A DNA stretch of 64,000 nt, taken from Candidatus Latescibacterota bacterium (GTDB lineage: Bacteria > Latescibacterota > UBA2968 > UBA8231). Made by a program: the position numbers and the translations under genes. The stretch covers positions 896,001 through 960,000 of the forward strand of contig OZ241889.1 in the NCBI GenBank assembly GCA_965203355.1. The letters are read 5' to 3'. Below the pieces are notes generated by a model. That model saw nothing but the letters and a program-made list of their open reading frames with translations. It was not told the DNA's origin and ran no database searches. Each line of letters begins with the position of its first letter. The stretch's first letter is position 1. Shown piece after piece: positions 19,666 to 28,950 of this stretch.

Positions 19666-20883
19666 TTGGACCCAGCATCCGCGACCACGGGCCAGGACGG
19701 CGGGCTGCTCAGCCGCGCCTTCTTGGCCCTTTGTTTGATTTACTTCTTCGAGAGCTTTCTCGTCGCTCCCTTCCAAGCGCTGTTCCCCGTTTATATTGAA
19801 GCCGACTTGGCGCGGCCGCCGTGGTTTACCGGCTATCTGCGCGGGGTCATGCTGCTTCTCGGTGGCCTATTTGCCGTGGTCGCTGGCCGCCTTTGCGACC
19901 GCTTTGGCCGCAAGACGACCCTGATGATCGGCCTCGTCGGCAGTGCGCTCACCGGCCTGGTTTTTCGCACCGCCGACCCGTGGGGGCTCTCGTGCTTGCT
20001 CTTGGCGATGGGCGCGGCCAGCGGCCCTTGGTCCACCGCCGGGCAGAGCATCCTCATCACCGCTGTCACGCCCGCTCGACTCGGTTTGGGCGGTGCCCTC
20101 TACTTTCTCAGCAACACGCTCGGCAACGCACTCGGCAGCTTTTGTACCGGCTTGGTCAAAGCCGCCTATTCCTTCGCCCAGATCGGCGCTGCCATGAGCA
20201 TCGGCATGGTCGGGGTAATCGCTCTAGCACTGATGCTGTTGCCCGGCGACGCGCCCGCCCCGGCCGCGGCGCAGACCGGGCGCGTCAATACGTGGGCGGC
20301 CTACCGCCCGCTTTTAGGTCGCGGCGATGTGCATCTCCTGCTCAGCCTGCGCCTGACCATCACCACCTTCTGGGGCATGGCGACGCTGGTTTTGCCCCTG
20401 TTGATCTACCGAGTCGGCGAAAGCGAAGCCCTGCCCGCTTACTTTGTCTCCCTCTCGCTAGTGGTGGCGGCCTGCTGTCAGCTCGGCGTCGGCTATCTCA
20501 ACGACCGCCTCGGCCGCACCGCACCGCTCATCGGCTCGGCGCTGGGCATTTTCCTCAGTGCCTTGGGCCTGGCCCTTTGGCACGGTTCGCTGGTCGGCTT
20601 GTTTGTCTGCGGCACCGCCCTCACGGGTACGGCTTGGGCCGTCTCGACGCTGATTCCCCGGCTCATCAACGACGTTGCTGCTTCTGCAGAAAAAAATCGC
20701 CTCGTCGGCTTGGGCCATCTCGCTTGGAGCGGCTCAATGGTGATCGGCAGCCTGCTCGGCGGCTACCTGATCGAGATAAATGCCGCCCTGCCCTTCTACC
20801 TTGGCACCGCCCTCAGTGCGCTTGGTGCGCTTGGTGCTTGGGGCCTCTGCCGCCGTCTGGACGCCGCCGGAGTTACGGCTTAG
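19666..20883 (+). CDS. MFS transporter
   Basis: About 12 hydrophobic segments; GRLCDRFGRK motif A, repeated as GYLNDRLGRT. Confidence 0.88.
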   Translation: MDPASATTGQDGGLLSRAFLALCLIYFFESFLVAPFQALFPVYIEADLARPPWFTGYLRGVMLLLGGLFAVVAGRLCDRFGRKTTLMIGLVGSALTGLVFRTADPWGLSCLLLAMGAASGPWSTAGQSILITAVTPARLGLGGALYFLSNTLGNALGSFCTGLVKAAYSFAQIGAAMSIGMVGVIALALMLLPGDAPAPAAAQTGRVNTWAAYRPLLGRGDVHLLLSLRLTITTFWGMATLVLPLLIYRVGESEALPAYFVSLSLVVAACCQLGVGYLNDRLGRTAPLIGSALGIFLSALGLALWHGSLVGLFVCGTALTGTAWAVSTLIPRLINDVAASAEKNRLVGLGHLAWSGSMVIGSLLGGYLIEINAALPFYLGTALSALGALGAWGLCRRLDAAGVTA

Positions 20884-20892
20884 ACTAGGCGA

Positions 20893-22047
20893 ATGCAAAA
20901 ACTCCGCTTGTTCGTCATCACGGTCTCGCACTTTTGCGTCGATAGCTACGCCACGATGTTGGCCCCGCTCCTGCCGTTGGTCAAGGTGAACTTGGGGCTG
21001 AGCTTGGCGCAAGTGGGGTTTCTGGGTTCCATCGTCTCTATATGCAATATCAGCCAGCCCCTCATGGGCTTGTGGGCCGACCGCATGGCTTGGCGCTGGC
21101 TGATCATTGGTGGCTTGGCGCTGGCGACCATTTTCTCTCCGCTCATGGGGTTGGCTCACAACTACCTGACGCTCGTCGGCATCCTGACGCTGGGGGGGCT
21201 CGGGGTCGCCGCCTTTCACCCCCAAGTCTTTTCGCTGGCTGGCGAACTCAGCGGGCCGCGCCGTTCCTTTGGCTTGGCGCTCTTTATCTTTGGCGGGACG
21301 CTGGGGCTGGGCCTGACGCCGCTGTGGGCGCCGGCGTTTACTAATTCCTTCGGGCTGGAATCGCTGCCGTACCTGTCCATTCCCGGCTTGTTGTTCCTCT
21401 TGCTCGTGTATCGCACGGTGCCGCTGAGCAACCCCAACTTTTCCTCCGGCAGAAGCGCGGCCCAGTGGCGCAGCCTCGGCGACCAAGCCGGGGCCCTCGT
21501 GCTGATCACCGCGATCGTCGTTTTGCGCTCCATATCGGGGCTGGGTTTTGGCACGTTTTTAACGCTCATGGCCCAAGAGCGCGGCCTCGGTCTGGTCGCG
21601 GGCGGCATTCCCTTGGGAATCTACAATATCGCTGGCGTGGTCGGCGCGCTCATCGTCGGCTATCTAGCCGACCGCGTCGATCCTAAACCGCTAGTCTGGG
21701 GATCGCTGCTGTGCGCGGTGCCGCCGCTCTACGCCTTCATCTATGTCGAGGGAATGCTGGCCAGCTACAGCCTGCTTTTTGTGGGCGGCGGCTTGTTGCT
21801 GGCTTCCAACTCAATTATGGTCGCCTTGGCCCAGGATTTTTCGCCGGAAAATTCGGGTTTGGTCTCCAGCTTGCCGCTGGGCTTTAGCTGGGGGATGGCC
21901 AGCCTCGCGCTGCCGCTAATCGGCCATTTTGGCGACCAGATCGGCGTGGCTGAGACCTTGAAATACCTAGCCCTGCTGCCGATATTGCCCGCTGGGCTGG
22001 CCTTCTTCCTGCCCAACCGCTCAACCGCAAAGGACGCCGCCCCATGA
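20893..22047 (+). CDS. MFS transporter (Fsr/fosmidomycin-resistance-like)
   Basis: SHFCVD.Y, QP.MG.WADR, AAFHP, GYLADR; about 12 TM segments. Confidence 0.88.
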   Translation: MQKLRLFVITVSHFCVDSYATMLAPLLPLVKVNLGLSLAQVGFLGSIVSICNISQPLMGLWADRMAWRWLIIGGLALATIFSPLMGLAHNYLTLVGILTLGGLGVAAFHPQVFSLAGELSGPRRSFGLALFIFGGTLGLGLTPLWAPAFTNSFGLESLPYLSIPGLLFLLLVYRTVPLSNPNFSSGRSAAQWRSLGDQAGALVLITAIVVLRSISGLGFGTFLTLMAQERGLGLVAGGIPLGIYNIAGVVGALIVGYLADRVDPKPLVWGSLLCAVPPLYAFIYVEGMLASYSLLFVGGGLLLASNSIMVALAQDFSPENSGLVSSLPLGFSWGMASLALPLIGHFGDQIGVAETLKYLALLPILPAGLAFFLPNRSTAKDAAP

Positions 22048-22379
22048 GCTTGCTCATTTTAGACCCCGAGCAGAAGCAGTTTTTCGACGACAATGGCTAT
22101 CTGCTACTCAAGGGCTTTTATGGCCCGGCCGAGATGGAGCAGATGCACGGCGAGTTTCATCGCTTGGTGACCGAGATCGAAAACCGGCCAAAGAACGTCA
22201 AATACTCTTTTATGGACGCGCCGGAAGGCTACGCGCCCGACCCCTTCAACCCGCGCAATGTCGTCGGCCTGAACAAAACCGCGGCCACCATCGACCAATG
22301 GGGCAACGCTTGCGCCTTTGCTGGCTTGCCGCTGGCTCGCAACGGCCAGCTTCTGATGCCGCGCGTTTATCAGGGATGA
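22044..22379 (+). pseudogene. Phytanoyl-CoA dioxygenase-family fragment (probable internal deletion)
   Basis: Typical PhyH N-terminus (EQKQFFDDNGYLLL.G) but only 111 aa and no HxD...H catalytic core. Confidence 0.6.
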
Positions 22380-22440
22380 GTGCGCCTCGCCTTGCTATTG
22401 TTGCAAACTCCTGCTACTTAAATGTGGATCGCTTGTTTAG

Positions 22441-24360
<1,920 letters not shown>

Positions 24361-24397
24361 GCACCGGCGACTTTTCAACCCAATAGAAAGAGAAGGA

Positions 24398-25390
24398 ATG
24401 GACAAAATTCGCGTGGGATTTATCGGCTGTGGTGGAAATGCCAGCGGGCATATAGGTCGGGTACTCGACATCCCCGAAGCGGAAGTGGTGGCTTTGTGCG
24501 ATGTAGATCCGGCCAGTTTGCAACGCGCCAAAGATCGCAACGCGCGGGCGGCCGAGTTGCCGGAGTTTACCCACTACCAAAAGATGCTGGAGCAAGTCGA
24601 ACTAGACGCGGTAGAAATTTCCACGCCGCACACATTGCACTTTGAGCAGATCGTGGCTGCGCTGGACAAAGGACTACACGTGCTGACCGAAAAGCCGATG
24701 GTTTGCACTGTCGATCACGCGCGTCAAGTTATCGCCAAAGCAAAGGAGGCCGGCAAGATTTTGATGATCTCCTATCAGCGGCACTTGCAGGCGCAGTACC
24801 GCTATGTGCGCAATCAGATCGCGGCCGGGGAACTGGGGGATATCCAGTTTATATCGGCGCTCCAAGACCAGAAGTGGTATCAGGGGACGCTTGGGCTGTG
24901 GCGGCAGCAAATGGCGCTGTCGGGCGGCGGACAGCTCAACGACTCGGGCAGCCACCTGCTGGACATCGCGCTGTGGATGACCGGGCTGGAGGTGGCCGAA
25001 GTGCAGGCCTACATGGAGTATTTCGACTCCGAGGTGGACATTAACTCGGCACTGTCGCTGCGCTTTCGCAACGGCGCACTGGGGACGATTGCGGTGGTGG
25101 GCAACTCGCCGACCAGCGGGATATGGGAGGACATTACCATCTGGGGGACCAAGGCCGTGGTCTATATTCGCCAGGGAGCGGTTTTCTACAAGACGCAGCA
25201 CAGCAACGCGGTGTACGAAGTAAACAACTTGCCCGGCTCGACGACGCCCGACCAGAACTTCATCGACGCGATTCTCGGCCGCGACCAAGTGCAGGTGCCC
25301 CCCGAATGCGGCCTGCGAGTCATTGAATTAACCGAAGCGGCGTGGGCCGCGGCCGCTGGTGGGCAGCCGGTCAAAGTAAAAAGCATTTGA
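24398..25390 (+). CDS. Gfo/Idh/MocA-family oxidoreductase
   Basis: GFIGCG, ISTPH..H, HVLTEKP, GGG.L.D.GSH..D. Confidence 0.92.
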   Translation: MDKIRVGFIGCGGNASGHIGRVLDIPEAEVVALCDVDPASLQRAKDRNARAAELPEFTHYQKMLEQVELDAVEISTPHTLHFEQIVAALDKGLHVLTEKPMVCTVDHARQVIAKAKEAGKILMISYQRHLQAQYRYVRNQIAAGELGDIQFISALQDQKWYQGTLGLWRQQMALSGGGQLNDSGSHLLDIALWMTGLEVAEVQAYMEYFDSEVDINSALSLRFRNGALGTIAVVGNSPTSGIWEDITIWGTKAVVYIRQGAVFYKTQHSNAVYEVNNLPGSTTPDQNFIDAILGRDQVQVPPECGLRVIELTEAAWAAAAGGQPVKVKSI

Positions 25391-25416
25391 CATGATTCTA
25401 CGGACTTTGTCATATT
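25387..25416 (+). promoter_or_regulatory. Sigma70-type promoter for the downstream non-coding unit
   Basis: Perfect TTGACA (25387-92), 18-nt spacer, TGn-CATATT extended -10. Confidence 0.55.
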
Positions 25417-25423
25417 AAAATTT

Positions 25424-25723
25424 AAGACGGGTTCGGGGGTCTAAAGCCTCTGTTGCCGCCCCGCCGAGGCCCGAGGCTACGCGAGCGGGCCAGCCCGGCT
25501 TTGTAATTGGCCGCAACGACGCGCAGAGTTGGAGTATGGATATGAGGCGCGCACAAGCGAAAGGAGGTGGTCCATTGAGTAGTAATTGTACCGCAGGGAG
25601 GTTGATCACTTGATCAACTCCAGGTGATTAACTACCTGGTCAGGAGCATTGTCGCTTCGGCGATATAGCTTCTGAGAGTACAGCCGGGCGCGCCCCACCT
25701 TAGAGGGTGCGCCCGGTTTTTTT
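25424..25723 (+). ncRNA. Candidate structured small RNA / mini-ORF RNA carrying an extended Shine-Dalgarno
   Basis: Promoter upstream, terminator downstream, no long sense ORF. Several hairpins, including C-UUCG-G, and GAAAGGAGGTGGTCCA at 25559-25574. Confidence 0.6.
25682..25723 (+). terminator. Rho-independent terminator
   Basis: AGCCGGGCGCGCCC ... GGGTGCGCCCGGTT stem ending in a T7 run. Confidence 0.85.
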
Positions 25724-25789
25724 GTCTGCGCTGTCCTAAGTTGGTTTCCACGCGGCATTTTTGCCATATTGTCCACGAGGAGGCCGTCT

Positions 25790-26761
25790 ATGAAACGCAT
25801 CGCCAAGCCCGCCGGGGCCTACAACATTTTGGTGGAAGAGGTCGAGGTTCCGGCGATTGCTCCGACCGAGATTTTGATTCGCGCTCAGTGTTCGTTGATA
25901 AGCCGTGGTTCGGAGATTTGGCGGCGCTACGTGCGCGAAGAGGCGATTGATCACCGCATGATGGGCTATTCGCTGGTGGGTCGGGTCGCAGAGGTCGGTG
26001 CGGAGGTCGCGGAGTTCAAAACCGGCGATCTGGTCGCGGCTCTCGCACCGCACGCTGAGTACGCAGCGGTCGAAGTCGTAGCCAGCCAGCACAAGCCGGC
26101 GGTCGTGCGCCTGCCAGCGGGTATGTCGCCCGAAGCGGGTACCTTCTGGCCGCTGGCAACCAGCTCGGTCCTGTGGATGTGGGAGACCGAGGCCGGGCCG
26201 GACGATGTCATGGTCGTCCAAGGGCAGGGTTTAGTCGGTAGCGGCTGTATGCAGGCGGCCAAAGCACAGGGGGCCGGGCGCGTCATTGGGATCGATGCTG
26301 TGCCTTTGCGATGCGACTTGGCGCACGAGTTGGGAGCCGACGCGGTGATAGATGCCAGCAGTGGTGACCCTGTTGCCCAAGTTTTGGAACGGACGGAAGG
26401 CGCAGGTGCCGACATAGTGGTCGAAGCGGTGGGTGGGCGGGCCGGGGCGCGGGCTTTTGCCGAGGCGCAGGACATGCTCAAGCGCGGTGGCCTCTTACAA
26501 GTGCTGGGCCTGTACGAAGACGAGCCCCTGCCGCTCTACTCGGGCAAAATCATGGGCAAGCGCCTCATCGGTAGCTATCTCGACGCCAGTCGGCGGCCCG
26601 AAGGGTCGGCACGTGCGTTAGAACTGCTGGCTGCGGATCAAATCCAATTTGCCAAGATGATTACCCACCGCTTTCCCTACGCCGAGGCTGCCGCCGCTTT
26701 CGACTTGCTCTACCATCGGTTGGGCGAGGCCATGGCGGTGTTGTTAAGGTGGGACAACTAA
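25790..26761 (+). CDS. MDR-family (zinc-binding alcohol dehydrogenase-like) oxidoreductase
   Basis: SLISRGSE, GYSLVG.V, GQGLVG, GADIVVEAVG, ITHRFP; ATG after GAGGAGG. Confidence 0.88.
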   Translation: MKRIAKPAGAYNILVEEVEVPAIAPTEILIRAQCSLISRGSEIWRRYVREEAIDHRMMGYSLVGRVAEVGAEVAEFKTGDLVAALAPHAEYAAVEVVASQHKPAVVRLPAGMSPEAGTFWPLATSSVLWMWETEAGPDDVMVVQGQGLVGSGCMQAAKAQGAGRVIGIDAVPLRCDLAHELGADAVIDASSGDPVAQVLERTEGAGADIVVEAVGGRAGARAFAEAQDMLKRGGLLQVLGLYEDEPLPLYSGKIMGKRLIGSYLDASRRPEGSARALELLAADQIQFAKMITHRFPYAEAAAAFDLLYHRLGEAMAVLLRWDN

Positions 26762-26775
26762 CTCGGGAGACGACG

Positions 26776-27477
26776 ATGAGTAGAACCATAGAAAAGCTCT
26801 TTCGCGCCCCCTATGGGGTGCCCAATGCGCTGCAAGTAGTAGAAGAAGGGCTGTGGATTACCGACCAAATTACCGACCGGGTGGCTCTGATCGAAATCGC
26901 CGAGCCGTCTGAATACGGCGTAACCCGCCTGATCCGCGATATTCCCAGCGAGTCGTCCAACACCAGTGGCATGGCTTGGGGCGGGGGTTCGCTATGGCTG
27001 GCGGCCAATGGGGCGAGTACGCTCTGGCGACCCTCGCGGCCCACGGACGCCGCGCAAGGGGCCGGCGAAATTTTCGAGGTTGATCCGGCCACTGGCGCGA
27101 CCCGCAATCGCTATCCAGTGCCCGGCGGAGGTGGGGTACATGGGATGGAGTACGATCCGTTTGAAGAGGGCTGCGTGTGGATCACCACTCTCAAGAGCCA
27201 GACGCTGAGCAAAGTCAAGATCGCTGGCTGGTCGGTCGAGCACGTGCTGGGCTTGCCCTACGGGCGGGCGCACGGCGTGGTGCGGGTCGCCGATGGCATC
27301 TGGGTGGTGCATACGTCCGACCGCGCGATCGTCAAACTCGACGTGGAGAGCGGAGCCGAGTTGGATCGAGTCGTGGTGCCCGACAGCGACCCCCAGCCGC
27401 ACGGCCTGTCGATTTTTGGCGAGGATTTGCTCTATTGCGACGCGGCCTCTGGCTGGGTCGTCAAGATCGGTTTGTGA
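26776..27477 (+). CDS. Beta-propeller protein (Vgb/SMP-30-like fold), function unknown
   Basis: Repeated blades: PNAL..LWI.D, SGMAW..SLW, HGMEY..VW, HGVV..IWV, PHGL..LLYCD. Confidence 0.6.
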   Translation: MSRTIEKLFRAPYGVPNALQVVEEGLWITDQITDRVALIEIAEPSEYGVTRLIRDIPSESSNTSGMAWGGGSLWLAANGASTLWRPSRPTDAAQGAGEIFEVDPATGATRNRYPVPGGGGVHGMEYDPFEEGCVWITTLKSQTLSKVKIAGWSVEHVLGLPYGRAHGVVRVADGIWVVHTSDRAIVKLDVESGAELDRVVVPDSDPQPHGLSIFGEDLLYCDAASGWVVKIGL

Positions 27478-27494
27478 GGTGAGGGGTGAGCGGC

Positions 27495-27974
27495 ATGGCA
27501 AGAAAGTACTGGCTCGTCAAGTGCGAATTCGACGAGTGTTCCTTTGACGAGTTAAAGCAGCGGCCGCAAAGCACGGGTTACTGGCGAGGGGTGCGCAACT
27601 ACCAAGCGCGCAATCTCATCCGCGACAGCATGGCAAAGGGGGAGCTGGCGTTCTTTTATCAATCCAGTTGCGCCGAGCCGGGGATCGCCGGAATCGCGAC
27701 GATTACAAGAGCAGGGTACCCCGATCCCAGTCAATTCGACGACCAGCACCGCTACTACGACGAAAAATCCACGGTCGCCGACCCGCGTTGGTTTTCCTTT
27801 GACGTGAAGTGGAAACGCAAATTCAAACGGTTTGTCCACCTCGCCGATCTCAAGGTCAACGACAAGCTCGCCGACATGAAAGTGGTGCAGCGGGGTCAGC
27901 GGCTCTCGATCCAGCCGGTTGCCGAGCAGGAGTGGAGGGAAGTCTGCAAGATGGGCGGCGTTAGCCCGACGTGA
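27495..27974 (+). CDS. EVE domain protein
   Basis: YWLVKCE, W.GVRNYQARN, FFY.S, YPDPSQFD, RLSIQPV. Confidence 0.92.
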   Translation: MARKYWLVKCEFDECSFDELKQRPQSTGYWRGVRNYQARNLIRDSMAKGELAFFYQSSCAEPGIAGIATITRAGYPDPSQFDDQHRYYDEKSTVADPRWFSFDVKWKRKFKRFVHLADLKVNDKLADMKVVQRGQRLSIQPVAEQEWREVCKMGGVSPT

Positions 27975-28091
27975 ATGATTCGCCTGGGTTATCCAGTTCG
28001 CAGGCCGAGCCGAGGCCTGGACACCCGAAGAAAACGGCGGAGCGTGGGCTGCAACGCGATCAACGTGGTATTCAACTGAAAGGACTGAAGC

Positions 28092-28931
28092 ATGGAGTTG
28101 CTGCCGACGACTAATGCCGACGGGCGCGACGTCATCCCGATGAGCGAGGCCCAGCGGTACCGCTTCGATCTCAAGGGATTTATCCTCTTGCCCGCGCTGT
28201 TGAGCGAAGAAGAGCTAGTGTCGATCCGCGCTCACCAAATGAAATTTCTCTACGAGCGCGAGTCCCTGCCGCCGGATGAGCGCGACAATCACGGCGGCCC
28301 GTCGCAGATTTTGCTCGACCACCCAGCGGTAGTGGGCGTGCTCAACGAAGTGCTCTCGCATCAGGCACTGGCCAGCGAAGACTGCTACGGATTCCGCTAC
28401 GATCACACCTATACCAGCCATCGCCAAGCCGGACACGACAACTTCCGTCCGCACGGCGGCGGCGGGTACTTCAACTTTCGCGGCAGCTCGCACATCTACC
28501 AGATGCAGCCGGGCAAGGTGCATGCTGGATTGACGCGAGTTGTGTGGGAGCTCAACGAAGTCGGCGCGGGTGACGGGGGTACGCTTTTTCTGGCGGGCAG
28601 CCACAAGGCCGCTTTCCCTCGACCCGAAGAATTGAGCCAGCGCGACAGCTCGCTGTGGGAGAGCTACACCTGTCCAGCCGGTTCGGCGGTGATTTTCACC
28701 GAGGCCCTGTGCCATTCGGGTACGCGTTGGATCAACGAGCAGCGCGACCGGCTGAGCTTGTTCACTTGCTACGACACCGTCAATTCCAAGTGGGGCAAAG
28801 GGTGCCCGTCCGCCGAAGTGATCGCCTCGTTTCCCGCGAAGCGCCGCACGCTCTTCCGGGGCGTGTGGCACGGGATGAGCGACGTGCCCGGCATCAACAA
28901 ATACTACGAAGCAGCCAACCAAGCCGTTTGA
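28092..28931 (+). CDS. Phytanoyl-CoA dioxygenase-family Fe(II)/2OG enzyme with an HxG motif
   Basis: QRYRFDLKGF, PHGG, GGT.FLAGSHK, AGS.VIF.EAL.H.G, R.SL...Y. Confidence 0.85.
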   Translation: MELLPTTNADGRDVIPMSEAQRYRFDLKGFILLPALLSEEELVSIRAHQMKFLYERESLPPDERDNHGGPSQILLDHPAVVGVLNEVLSHQALASEDCYGFRYDHTYTSHRQAGHDNFRPHGGGGYFNFRGSSHIYQMQPGKVHAGLTRVVWELNEVGAGDGGTLFLAGSHKAAFPRPEELSQRDSSLWESYTCPAGSAVIFTEALCHSGTRWINEQRDRLSLFTCYDTVNSKWGKGCPSAEVIASFPAKRRTLFRGVWHGMSDVPGINKYYEAANQAV

Positions 28932-28950
28932 CGCGACGAAAGAATTCTGC

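Noticed and set aside
19821-20888. 355-aa alternative-frame ORF and many similar Arg/Pro/Ala-rich overlapping ORFs across the window
   Set aside because: Shadow ORFs of GC-rich genes; they have no motifs and overlap well-supported CDSs.
25559-25574. 16S rRNA gene fragment on the minus strand
   Set aside because: The match is limited to the anti-SD tail; flanking helix-45 sequence (GCCGCACCTTCC-like) is absent.
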